Positions 13,101-25,500 of a stretch of 64,000 nt of DNA are shown one piece after another. The notes under the pieces were generated by a model. That model was not told the DNA's origin. It ran no database searches and saw only the letters and a list, made by a program, of their open reading frames with translations. Source of the DNA: Nemertoderma westbladi (taxonomy: Eukaryota; Animalia; Xenacoelomorpha). The stretch covers positions 53,924-117,923 of the forward strand of contig JAUCBJ010008197.1 in assembly GCA_032718475.1 (NCBI GenBank), read 5' to 3'. The stretch's first letter is position 1, and every line of letters starts with the position of its first letter. The position numbers and the translations under genes are program-made.

Positions 13101-14027
13101 CTCAGCTTCCGCGAGCTCGGTGCTTATTCGTATCACTTCGCTCTGTTCAAAATGTAACTTCTCCATCTCGGCTCGGCGACCATCTTCGCTTAACCTTCTA
13201 ACTGTGTCCATCTGCGATGCAGTTATTGACTGCGAACTTACTGACTCGCTATGTCGATACCACCTTCCACTTAATTGAGATGGTACACTATCATCTACAT
13301 GAGCAGTTATCTTACCTGATTTTTCGTTCTCCTTTGTTGGTAATGGTAGTCCAGGTACTACCACTCCCTTCTTATGAAGATATATCTCCAACTTACCCTT
13401 GAAACCCTGAAACCATTCATTTAGCTCAATATCTTCAGAGTCAAATGTTTCGGTTTCGGGTCCCTCCTCCAAACTAGCGCGATAATTTACTCTAAGCACA
13501 TTTATACGCTTATTCATATCTATGAAATGGTTACGAATTACCTGCAACTTATCATATAGGGATGTCAGAGTTTTAAACTGTCTCTCTTTGGTCGCTATAC
13601 TCACCAACTTCTGTAAATTGATTGTTTGCAGGTGTAACAGCTGATCATATTCATCTAGCATTCTGGCTAAATCTGCCGGGTCATAGGATCCACTGTCTAG
13701 GCATTTGGTTAATTTATTTGTCGCCTTGGTTACCTTACCCATGTAACCACCTGCACTTTTATTAATTGTAGGATGCCTCAAGGATGTGTTACTATCGTCA
13801 CTGCTGTCAGCATCAGGGATTTCATCATCAGGGATTTCATCATCAGGGTGTCGAGCAGCACCCTCAACTATAAACCCAGAAGCAGGGACGATACCTACTG
13901 TCTGTGTGGTAGGGGCACTAATAGTCTCAATTACGTCAGGTGTGGTGACGTTTAATTGCTGACTGGACTCGTCAGCAGTCTCATATTGTTCTGTTACCGG
14001 AACGTCGGTATTTGTTGTTTGACTCAT
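10187..14027 (-). CDS. Bel-2 gag-protease polyprotein (open about 1280 codons, interrupted by LINE)
   Basis: Coiled coil, DUF1759-like FTGLPKHWRSF..EKFCYL, three Pao-type Cys/His knuckles (CQYC..H..C, CWKCLGTGHKRRDC, CVDCVRLHHRLLH), protease LLDHAS. Confidence 0.9.
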
Positions 14028-14817
14028 TTTTGGGATTTTTATATTTTATATTGATTACAATTTTTTAATTTTAATTTGAATTTAATTTAATGAAATTCTT
14101 TGCTTGTAATAGTTTACAAATTATTACACCAATTCAAATGTGAATTCAAATAAAACAACTTTTACAACTCAATTAATTTCCTATTATCTTATATTTTATT
14201 TATTTCATAAATATAGCCTTGGCTCGACTTTAGGAGACCCTGGATGGTGGGACAATAAGACACAACAAAAGGAAGTAATTTAAATTTTACTTAAAAATTA
14301 CAACACCAAATTTATTTTGTATGCACAAGTATGCCACAAATACTGTGCATAAGTATTTTAACAAACCTTCAAACAGCCACAAATGAACTATAGATCCCAC
14401 AAGCACAATCCTATCGACACTACGACCATCCTGTGATTGCTGCTAAACGACGCCGTCCCACGTCCCAACCTCGTGAATGATCAGTTCACTTGCGTACCAA
14501 GTCAAACGTCCCCAGATCCCGGATTGGTTGCGGTGACGAAAGTGATGTTCCTGTAAGTTGTATTAGAGAATTAGATGGCTGTCTGGTAGATTTACCCTAA
14601 TTTTGTCCTAAAAATTTCGAGCGAAATATAAATTTTTTAATTTCTTATAAATCTTATAACGCAGTCCCTTTGGCTCTACAAACTTTCAAACTCGATACAA
14701 ACTTTACTCAACGGCGGCGCTATAGCAACTCTGTGATTTATTTATAATTTTTTACAACGCAAATCAGCTAAGAATTTGTTAAAAAGGTTTCGCTAAAGCA
14801 GATTGCAGATTTATTAA

Positions 14818-14829
14818 CATAATAACCAC
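14818..14829 (-). promoter_or_regulatory. Bel-2 primer-binding position GTGGTTATTATG, complementary to its own LTR
   Basis: Abuts the 5' LTR end; exact reverse complement lies at 15507-15518 and 4664-4675. Confidence 0.65.
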
Positions 14830-16318
14830 TGTAGAATACGTATCAAATTATCGCAATACGTATCAGTTTCGAAAGAAAACAAAACAATAAACCGGTCTAT
14901 ATAAAGCTCAACAAGGAAACTCCAGTTGGTGAGGAATCCCTGCCTGCCTGCTAATATTATCAACCTTTAATACAATTTACTAGCGTGATGGCCCCTTATC
15001 CACCACGTATACTGCAAGCTAAACTGCCGATAGGTAAGGGTTGTATCGAGTACAATTTATAAACAAACAAAATATAAACAACAATTTATCTTAAATTTTC
15101 CCACAAAACAAATTCTGTATATTTCTATACACCGCACCGCTGTCGACGGTAGTAAAAGGAAGGAAACTATACGCAATACTAAACCTGGTTATCTCGTGGG
15201 TGAATTTGCCGATATTCTCTAATTTTCACTTCTACTCTGTAAAGTAACTGTAAGAGTGTCAATCTAATGATTGTGAGAGATGATTAGCTATCTAAATACC
15301 CAAATACATTTATTTCTGGACAGTGAATAATGCTGTAGCTGAAACTTGGTATATAAGCTTACTCACCCCCAACAAAGTCAACATATTAAGATGAAGTGAA
15401 ATGAATATTAGTATCCCAATGAGACCCAAACCTAAGCCAAAACGATGAGCGCTGATACCAAATATATATCAACACTCTCCCCCCTTTGCACTTCCGTGAT
15501 GCCTGTGTGGTTATTATGATGGGGTATCCCGGTTCAATTTGGCCCAAAACCCAAGAACAGGAAATAGTTAAAGCACCAGTTAACCTAATGGAATTGTGTA
15601 CATCAACCTAATGAGACCCCCCTCCCCTTGTGGCTTGCCCAGTCCAACTTACTGCCCTTATGTTTCACTCGTGTTGTGTAACATCATCCATCCATTTTGG
15701 GCTCCTGCAGTCGGCCGGTACGGCTCGACCTCCTCACTCCATAATTATATTAGACGGAGAATGCGCCTCTCATGTTAAAACAATGGGGTTTTAATTCCGA
15801 ACCGATCGCTGGATGTCTTTATCGCATACTGATTTGCAAAATTACCAACACAAACAAATAATTGGGTTAATACATATCTATAGGTACGAATACATTTAAC
15901 GGTACAAAATCAGAACTTGGATATAAGATAAATTCAATACAAATGATCTGAAACAAAATTCAATATATAATCTTGAAGAGTAAATACTGTAAGAATATAG
16001 GTCTGTTTTGCAACCATATAATAACAAAACTGGTTTTTACCGGTTCCAGTAAGTTCTCGTTGACATTGCATAAAATTCAGTAAACCGGTTTTACTTGGAT
16101 ATGAGTAGCTACTAGCTTTCTTATTCGTCCAGCAAACAGATAAATGGCCAATCACAGCGCCCTTCTTATCACCTACATGGAATGGGCCTGGCGCATGCGC
16201 ATAACTGAACAGTATCTAAATCAATTTAGAAGGGCCACCCGTTTAGGTAGAAATGTATTGGCACAAAATAAATGAGTTTTTTCCTGTATTGCTACTGCAG
16301 TACGTACAGAGTTTAACA
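14830..16318 (-). repeat. Bel-2 5' LTR (1489 bp)
   Basis: Direct repeat of 3987-5475; visible differences cluster near 15370-15445; minus-strand AATAAA at 15309-15314. Confidence 0.95.
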
Positions 16319-18194
16319 GAGGGCCTGTAGTTTGAATGTGGTGCTCTACCGAATGCCTCACTGGTTCACTAGCTAGTTTATCCTTAAATACCATACTGTA
16401 CTGTTCCAGCAAAGAATTTAACCAGTTTTTATCATTTACCAATAAGATATTACCACTTTGCATGGGTGGGAAACTGATTGACGAGGTAAGGTTTGTGGTA
16501 CCGGAAGAAATACCGTTAGCTACTGTATGGGAGATTGCGTGTGCTACACCAAACACATTGAACATTAATAATATGAAACAAACACCAAATAAACCGCGTG
16601 AAAATATGGGTTTAGTTAAACAATTCAACAATATGGATAATACTGTCAATAAACACAAAACCAATGTTTTACTGCCTAATTTAAAGACAGTTTCAAACCA
16701 GAAATTGTCTGCTGAACATTGAGAATTGGATATAGAATTGATACTACCACTTTGTACACCGTTATCTGAAGTTACTTGCACATAAATTTGTTTGGATCTA
16801 CAATCGATACTAATATTATGGGCTTGCAAAAAATCAAGACCCAAAATAGGTTGGCTAACTTCTGCTAAAATAAATCGCCAAGAGAACTCTTTATTGCCTA
16901 AACATGGCAACTCAAAACGCAATAAACCTTCCCCAAAAGTTGGGATTTTAGACAAATTTGCGGCTGTTAAATTTATATTCATTGAGGGCCGCTTATCGCT
17001 TAAATATTTTCCATACATCTGGGGAAGTATGGAGAAGTCACTACCAGAATCTACTAGGAACTGACCTACAGGCGACGCCGAAATGTGGACTGCGTTAACC
17101 GATCCCGAATCTCCATTATTATCGCCTCTGATCGGATGTCGTCGCGATGAGGACTGGCGGAATGAGCATGGTGGTATGCAACTTTGGGTTTCCGAACGAT
17201 GAAGGAAATGTTGCTCACACCACGGTCCTCTCGTATCATATTGTCGGGGTTGCGGGTTTCTCTCTCTCGACCGACTTGTCCGCGAGTCCGACCCCCGATG
17301 TTGAGAATAACTCCGGTTCCTATATCCCGGATGCGAACGCGAATGCGATCTACTACGACTTTGATTTGTCAAATCGCGAAGTTGGCTAGCAATTTGTGCG
17401 ACCTGTTCTGTCAGCGCCTGTTGAGATTGCCACAGTAGACGCTGCGAATCTGGAATCGTCGAATCAGAAACTCGAGAAATTGGGTTTGAGTTAGTAGAGG
17501 ATGATGTTGAGAAACTCGCAGTGTTTTGAAACTGCTGCTGTTCTACCATCTTGTCAGCCACTTCTGCAAGATCGTCCAACGAGAGTTTATCGAGCGAACT
17601 GAGAACTATTCCCACAGTTTGGGGTAGAATTTCCAAAAAACGTAATCGCACAATTTGTTCGTTACCCGGTGCCAGTCGAGTCATCTGTCGGAGTGCTGCA
17701 GATGGTTTTCTATCACCCAACTCCTGGGCCGCACGCAACTGACGCAGTCGGCGGTCATCACTATCCGCAAGATGAGATATTATATTTTGCCTAATTGTCT
17801 CGAACGAATCTAGCACGTTAACGCCAGCATCTAAAATAGTTTCCGTCGGCAGAGCGGCTAGAATATTGGACTTTTTAGAAGCATCAGTTTGCCCTTGAAG
17901 AACTGCCTCCACTTGCTGAAACCAGATTCTGGCATCTTTTGCATATAATTCAGGTAGTCTGAACTTTTGGGGTACCGACGTTGTACCGGTACCGGTAGAT
18001 ATAGTGGCATCGGTTTGCATCACTCTTGCTTGATAATTATCGAGCAATAGTTTCACTGCGGATGGATTTTCCTTATCCAGATAAACTATTATTTCAGCCT
18101 TCGTTTTTGGAAGGACAAAATCTGGATCATGGCTATTTAGGGCTTTTAAAATGTCAGATAATGCAGCTTTTTTGCAATCGGTATACAACGGCAT
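16319..18194 (-). CDS. Gypsy gag-protease (CsRn1-type), originally in frame with RT
   Basis: KFRLPEL..RIWFQQVE gag motif, LGDRKPS, CHCC knuckle, protease FLVDSGS..ILGLDFL; first ATG at 18194. Confidence 0.9.
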
Positions 18195-18233
18195 CCTGCA
18201 GATATACGGTTTGTAGATAAGGTTCAATTCAGT

Positions 18234-18247
18234 CGTCTGGGTCACCA
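18234..18247 (-). promoter_or_regulatory. Gypsy primer-binding site, tRNA-Trp type
   Basis: TGGTGACCCAGACG one base from the 5' LTR; 13/14 match to the classical tRNA-Trp PBS TGGTGACCCCGACG. Confidence 0.85.
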
Positions 18248-18248
18248 A

Positions 18249-18461
18249 TGTAAGTATCTATATTGATACTGCTGAAAACAGTCACCAAATGTATCTTTGT
18301 ATATTTTTATTTAACCTTTGTAATTCTGTGTTCCGTATTATAGTCGGGTACCAGTAGTTGAATATAGAACTCAAAATGTCTGCACACTACAGTACTGCAG
18401 TCAGTGTTACATATGTATATGGATCAATATCCAAGGTAGTATTAAATCAAGCTACTTTACA
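18249..18461 (-). repeat. Gypsy 5' LTR (213 bp)
   Basis: Direct repeat of 1084-1296, followed by TSD AGCGG. Confidence 0.95.
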
Positions 18462-18466
18462 AGCGG

Positions 18467-21400
18467 TAAGGACACCGAAAGATCTTATTATGTCAATAAA
18501 ACGAGGAAAGACGTAAGTAAATCTAAGTCTCGAACCAGTGACAGGAGAGAACAGGTAACAACTCCTCCTACGTCTCCTAAGAGAATTCATGGAAGAAAGC
18601 CCGAGGAAAGAACAAGTGTGCACAACACAACACAGGTTAAAGTAAGTAACATCAAACCCAAATGTGTATTGTGCGACGGGCCACATTGCTTGAGTGGGTG
18701 TGATGAATTCTTGAAAAAATCACTGAAGGATAGACGTGATGTCATGTGGGATAAGCGGTTGTGTTATAATTGCCTCAGACGAGGACACCAACGACGGACC
18801 TGTTACTCAGACGCGAGGTGTGCTAAGTGCGGCGCAAAACATCACATCTTGCTGCACACCGAATTTGACAGAACCCGCACGAGTCAGGTAAGTGAGCCCG
18901 AACTACATGTCCAATTCAGTGATGTGAACGACACTGACCACAGTTCTGAGATGGAAGGATTCTACACAGACAAATTCTCCGACGAAAATGAATCCTGTTA
19001 TATGATAAATACCACTGTGTATCGAGCACTTACGTACGAGACTGAATCGGAAGCGGAAAATCCTCGACTGACTATTCCGGACCGACAACCATCTTGGAAA
19101 GCACCAACTTCCTCCGTCGGTATCCAAGAATTCCATGTGGTGCAACTGAGAGTCCATTGGCTAGGGAAGAGCCTCATAGTAAACGCCCTCCTTGACTCCG
19201 GCAGCACAGGCACCTTCATTGACAAAGAACTAGCCGAAGACATCTTTGCTGGACAACCCAAGTTCTGAACTAAGTTGAACCTTTCAGGAATTATGCAGGT
19301 TTGGAAATCCACAGTAGCCACAGATTACTACGTGGGTGCGTTGTCCACTCCCCAGGATGAACTAGGAGAACAAAGTGTAAGGTCAGTCAAAATGGTGGCT
19401 ATAAAGAACTTTGCTACTAGCCAAGTGGAGCCTTACAACTGGGATGAAGACCATTTTACCCAGCACATGATATACCTAGATTTAATACCGATTACCCAGG
19501 GGTGCAGATATTAATCGGCCAAAATGCGCATGAAGCGCTTGAGACATTAGAAAAACGGCCTGCTCGACCGCAACCATTGCAAACGTACGCGGGAAGAACG
19601 AGAGTAGGTTGGTACTTCACTGGACCTTCCCGTAGAACCCTAATGGAAAGACTCCCTAATGAGAGAATACATCAGGTGAGTGAATGGGAAGAAGAAATCA
19701 GTAAGGGAGAAACCACAACTGAGGGAACCCCATACTCCTCAGATAATGACGATATCAATCAATTATATGATGAGGAAAATGCAATCGATCTCCTCACCGA
19801 GAACCAAACTTGGTTAAACCAAGTCAACCTATGCCATCTCATCAATCAACATGGCGGACAATTTACTTATAATGACGAATTAAACGAAGTGATAGATCGA
19901 TACAATAATAACATCCGCGATGAACACGCCGTACGATTCTTTACTCAAGAAGCCGTAGAGCCTAATTCCTACGACAAAGCCTTCTCTGTCGAGGAAGAGA
20001 GAGCCAAGCAGATTCAGGAAACAACTACCCGTTATCTGAAGGACGAAGGTCGCTATGAGATTGGTCTTCCGTTCCGACGGCGAGAAACCCAGCTTTATAA
20101 ATAACCGACCTTTAGCGGAAAAGAGAATCGCGCAACTACATCGGCGTCTTACGGCCAACGTTCATGCCAGGGAAATGTATAAAACCCAGCTGAAGAAATT
20201 TATCGATAAAGGATACGCGGAGCGAGTTCCGGAAGAGTTTTCAAGTTCAAGTTTGTATAATAGTAATCATATGATATGAAATTGCACTTGTTCATCACCT
20301 AACGACGATTTATTATGGGGGTAGTGACTGTTTGCAATGAAGAAACACCCATAACGGAGAGAACGTATTATCTAACACATCATTACGTTCCCAAGCCCGG
20401 TAAACCCAACGAAGTCCGGGTAGTGTTTGACGGCTCCGCCCTTTACATGGGTCAATCCCTGAACTCAGAACTGTTGCCGGGACCCAACTTACTCCAATCC
20501 TTGTTGGGAATATTATTAAGATTACGGCAATATTCTATCGCATTCGCTTCGGACATAGAAGGCATGTTCTTACAAGTCAAGGCGCTGGATAGGGATCGAG
20601 ACAGCCTACAATTTCTGTGGTGGCCTGAAGGAGACCTCAACTGAAAACCGGTGGAGTACTGGATGACCATCCAGGCTTTCGGGATCATCTCGAGCCCCTC
20701 GAATGCTTGTTCGGTAGTGCGTACCACTGCCGATGACAACCGAGACGCCTTCTCTAAAGCGGTTATCGACAACATCAAACGGGATATATACATGGACGAT
20801 AATTTAAAGTCCCTCCCATCGGTGGAAGAAGCCATTGATGTTGCCAAGGGAACGGTGGAGTGCTTGCAACATGGTGGATTTCGGCTAACCAAGTTCACTA
20901 GTAACTCCCGCGAGTTTCTGGAATCGATCCCGGTAGAAGACCAAGGTGTTAAAGATCTAGACCTCATCAAGGACGATCTTCTGGAAACCAAGACACTTGG
21001 CTTAAAATGGGACACGGAGAGAGATATCTTGTTTTTCCAGTTAAAACAATGAGAGAATCCAGTTAGAACTAAACGGATTTGTTTAAGTATTCTGAGCACT
21101 TATTTCGATCCATTGGGATTTATTAGCCCAGTTATATTAGTTGCTCTGAGCTTAGTGCAACAAATGTGGCTCGAAAACCACTCGTGGGATGATCCACTTA
21201 AGGGAAAACTACTAAAGAAGTGGATGAAATGGGAAGATTCTCTACCATCCATCGAGAACTTTAAGATTTCCCGTTCATATTTTGGTCATGTTCTCCCCAC
21301 GTATTCCTATCAACTCCATGTGTTTGGAGACGCCAGCGATATGGGAATAGGTATAGTAGCCTACCTGAAAGTTGAAACTCCAGATGGAATTAAAGTTGCC

Positions 21401-22019
21401 TTGGTCACCTCTCTCTAAGGCCTTGATAAACAACAAATTACGAGTTCCTCGAGCGGAGTTAAAGGCGGCTCTATACGCTACAGCCATCAGCTGGAATGTA
21501 ACAGAACAGATCGACTATCCACTGGAGAAAACTGTCTATTGGACTGATGCTTTACTCATTCTGGAGTATATAACAAATGAAGTCTGTCAGTTCAGCGTCT
21601 TCGTTACCAACAGAGTAGCCATTATACTTAGTCACTCTAATGTAGATCAATGGAGAAATTGCCCTGGGACGATTAATCCAGCTGACATCGCTTCCAGAGG
21701 AGCAACTCCTCAAGAACTGATAGATACTCCAGACTGGTTAGGTGGACCCGACTTCCTAAGTAAAGAAGAGGATGAATGGCCTCCTCATCTCACCACGGCT
21801 GAGATTAGACAAGCCAAGGGAGTGGAGAAAGTCAAACCTAAAACGCGGACGAGTAAATCAAAGTTATTTAAACCCGTGATAGATCTGTCTGTACTACACA
21901 TCTCCGGGGACGACGCTATGAATCTAAACTCCCCCACCACAAACAAATCTGTTTAATAGAAATCAGATAATTTAAATAGAAATCAGAGAAAGAGACTGGA
22001 AATCTGGAACACCAGATGT
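18467..22019 (+). pseudogene. Bel-1 gag zinc knuckles, protease, RT, RNase H (multiple stops and frameshifts)
   Basis: CVLC..H..C, CYNCLRRGHQRRTC, CAKC..HHILLH; LLDSGS; DIEGMFLQV; YMDD; HVFGDAS; PRAEL; WTDA; NPADIASRG. Confidence 0.92.
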
Positions 22020-23189
22020 TGTAAAGGCTTTTGCGGAATTAGCCGGTTATTTTCCCCGTAAAGTACTCTGTAGTTGGTTTAACAGGCATAAAAGGCCGTG
22101 TCCTTACTGTACTGGTGTTTTAGAGGACATAAAAGCCATTTCTGCTGTATGTGTACTTTAGTGGACATAATTAGCAATTCTATGACGCAATACGCCGGAT
22201 CCTCTTGAAACAGTGTAGCTACCATGACGACGGCTAACAGCTGATGCTGTACATGTGGAGCTTTCTCTTTGTTCTCTGTTCCTTCTTTGTTCGGTCGACC
22301 AATCAGAGCGTTTTTTGCCTCTGTGTTGGAGATTGTATACGGAAACTCGTGGAGTTGAGTCAGTATGTGATTTTGTCCACAGCCAAGAACACCGGCTTTG
22401 GAACCTCCGTGTTTCAGTCTTTAGCCCAACATTAGTAGGCTTAATTATAGAACGTATAATCTGTTATCTCACTCACGAACCATAACATACAAACTAATCA
22501 TATTGTCAACTACAAACACCGCATTTTTACTGCTATTTACTGTCGGTTATTCATTATATTTGTTGATGGAATATTATATTTGGAATACTGATAAATAATC
22601 AGACACCCCAATCTTCTTGATATACTAAAGGTTAGAGAGACCGGTTACATATAACGATTGCGACTTACATTAAGTGGTTTGAAGTGAATCTAATGCTATT
22701 TTATAGGCCCTACATGTATTGTCTGTTGTTCTCTTTATATGTGACTAAAATTAGTGAAGGTCGGCAGATCAGTGTGCAGCATTGTGCAGTATTGTGTATG
22801 ATTGTGACTGATAACAAAGCATCTCCTAAAGAATGCGCCATATACGTGAATCTATAGCCATCCCGTTGTGTCTAGTTTAAGTCATAACTCTGTTTACATA
22901 TTTAGAGCGCCACGTCCTAAAGGAACTGTTAATATTTCCCGAAAGTGAATAATATTTGTCAGAGATTATATATTACGATCAGTCGAATAATACAGTAGGC
23001 CTACCCCGCAATACGATTAGGCTTCCGAATCCAGTCTCCCGGGTATATCCAGCTGGTGAATGATCGCGCATAGACTGGCTTCGGCTAATGTAGTGTATCA
23101 AATACTTGTCATAGGCTAAAGACGATCTATCATCTAAAAGACATCCCAATTTGGCAGGTTAAACTGCTAAAGGTCTGAAAGCGCGAACA
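22020..23189 (+). repeat. Bel-3 5' LTR (1170 bp)
   Basis: TGTAAAGG..GCGCGAACA; direct repeat of 34169-35338 with about 5 visible substitutions. Confidence 0.95.
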
Positions 23190-23468
23190 ATAACAGATAT
23201 AGCTTCTGTATTGCAGTAGGCAATAAAGCTGAAGTACCGGTTAACCGGTACCTAGTAGGCCTGACTACCTAACCACCCGGACCAGTACCTACAGCAGTAC
23301 AGGTACAGCAGTATTATTCGATTTTGATAATTATATACCGGTAGGCCTTAATAATTAATCAGGGACTGCAGCCCTGGTTTTTTATTGAGATTTTACTTAT
23401 TTCTGTCAGTTTTATTTACTTGTAGGTTAATATTGAGCAGAAGACGTGTAAGCCTGCCCAAATTGTAC

Positions 23469-24048
23469 AGATAATTTGTAGGTTGGACTGTTGTCTGACT
23501 GTTGTTAAGTCTGAGGGGACTGTAGTGTGTGTAGAGCGTATGTCCAAAAAAGTACTAGTTAGGAAAGTAGGGGCTGCCAGTGCTGTGAGGTGAACCCCCT
23601 CGAAAGAATAAGTCGTACTACTCGGTTAGAACGCATACTAACTAACCATTTCGGAGTCTGCATATACTGTAGTTTATTTAGGCTTGATAGTAGTCTGCCA
23701 GCGTTTGGTCTGTACTTTGTTTGTGTAGTTTGTACGGGTAGCGTAATAGTTCTTATTTAGATAATTTGTAAGCTTGATTTTGTCTGGCTGTTGTTAGGTC
23801 TTGAGAGATTTCGGTGTGTGTAGAGTGTATGTCCGATAAAGTGCCAGTTGGGAACGTAGGGGCTTCCAGAGCTGTGAGGTAAACCCTCTCGAAAGAATAA
23901 GTCGTACTACTGGGTTAGAACGCATACTAACTAACCATTTCGGAGTCTGCATATACCGTAGTTTATTTGGGCTTGATAGTAGTCTGTCCGTATTTGGTCT
24001 GCATTTTGTTTGAGTAGTCTGTACGCGTAGCGTAATATTTATTATTCA
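23469..24048 (+). repeat. 290-bp imperfect tandem duplication in Bel-3 5' leader
   Basis: AGATAATTTGTA.. blocks at 23469 and 23759 share long identical tracts (CGAAAGAATAAGTCGTACTACT..CGGAGTCTGCATATAC). Confidence 0.85.
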
Positions 24049-24988
24049 GAGTTTATGCGATTATTCGTTACATTCATATCCCCAAGTTTATTCCTACAGT
24101 AATTGTGCTTGTTATATATACCGTTATAGTTAAACTAACCCCGGTACTACATCAGGGCTGCTTGGCGTAGGTAAAGACTGGTGATTTTGTGCCCCGGTCA
24201 CTCCAGCAGATACCGTGGTTCTTTTAGCTGTTCAAGTATTTTTAACTACTGATTATTTGTTGTATAAGTACTTGTACCTAATTTAGGGTTTAGTGTACAG
24301 TACTTTCCGAAGGTGATTAGTGTGTAGGCAGTATATTTGTGTTGTAAAGTGGTTAATAGGCACGTTGGTTCTGGTAGACCGCAGTAATTAACTTCTAGGT
24401 AGGAACACTCCGTGATACATAACGTAGTACTTATAGCGCCACGGCTATAAGTCGTCAGACGGTGGTATTTTTCTATCTGGACAACGCAGTATATTTACTA
24501 CTACTTATTATTTTCAAATACCGTAGTAACCTGTCCGTTGTAATAACCAGATATTCTAACCCTTTGTTAGGCTGGTTAGTAGACTTCTTGTAAAATTACC
24601 CTAAAAATTCGTCCTCTTGTAATTTTTGTGTTTATTTAGAGATTGTAATCTCACCCAGAATTGTACGTAATTTGTAGTATTAAGTAACTTAGGTAAATTA
24701 GAATTATTTGTTTTAGTGTCCAACAAGTAACACTTCACTGAGAGCGCACAGCTTCTGTGTAGTGACTCCCCCCAGAAATAATAACATTTATTTCAAATAT
24801 TGACAAAACCCATTTTAACGGGTATATATATTATAAATCAACTCAAACGATTTATAAATAGTAGGCCTGCCATACATCAATTAGGTCTAAATATCAGTTG
24901 GACTACTGCTCAAATAACGGTAATAAAGTAAGTAAAGTAACCAAGTAACCCCTAAAAATTTAGAAATTCAATTATTTAAAATAATTGA

Positions 24989-25367
24989 CATACCGGTATT
25001 TACCATAGGCTTATTATATTTATTTCTATAAATTTTAGGCTGAAATTATACCGGTGGTATTCTGTAATTAATTCTAGTCTGTAATTATACTTATATATAT
25101 ACATTATAAGTATAAGCTGTATACCGGTATTCACGATAGGCCTATTATATATTTATAAATTTAGGCTGAAATTATACCGGTATTCTGTAATTAATTCTAG
25201 TTAATAATTATACTTATATATACTATAGGTGCAAGCTGCATACCGGTATTCACGATAGGCCTATTATATATTTATATATACTTGTGCTGAAATTACATAC
25301 CGGTATTCTGTGACAAATCTAGTCTGTGACAATACTTATATATATACTATAAGCATACCGGTATTCT
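24989..25367 (+). repeat. About 120-130-bp tandem repeat (3 copies) in Bel-3 leader
   Basis: Recurring ATACCGGTATT..ATAGGC..TATTATA..GCTGAAATTA..ACCGG units. Confidence 0.8.
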
Positions 25368-25500
25368 AATATATTATATATATATTACGCTACACTGAGT
25401 AGCAGTATCGGTAATTAATTACTAGGCTAACGGTGATACTGAATTACTAGACTTGCTTAAACTGTAATATAGCAGTAGGCATTCAACTGTACAAACCAAC

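Larger units (their letters stand above)
3987..16318 (-). mobile_element. Bel/Pao LTR retrotransposon 'Bel-2', internally deleted (no RT/RH/IN core)
   Basis: 1489-bp near-identical LTRs, 5-bp TSD GAGGG (3982-3986 / 16319-16323); removing it restores the Gypsy reading frame HIQTTGPPCFSRPR. Confidence 0.93.
1084..18461 (-). mobile_element. Ty3/Gypsy LTR retrotransposon, CsRn1 lineage
   Basis: 213-bp TG..CA LTRs, 5-bp TSD AGCGG (1079-1083 / 18462-18466), tRNA-Trp-like PBS, gag CHCC motif C-x2-H-x9-C-x3-C (CEQHFLHRSETQSCIPPC), PR-RT-RH-IN order. Confidence 0.93.

Noticed and set aside
20237-20342. GT..AG intron within Bel-1 pol
   Set aside because: Splicing would leave one extra base relative to Bel-3, and the donor is poor.
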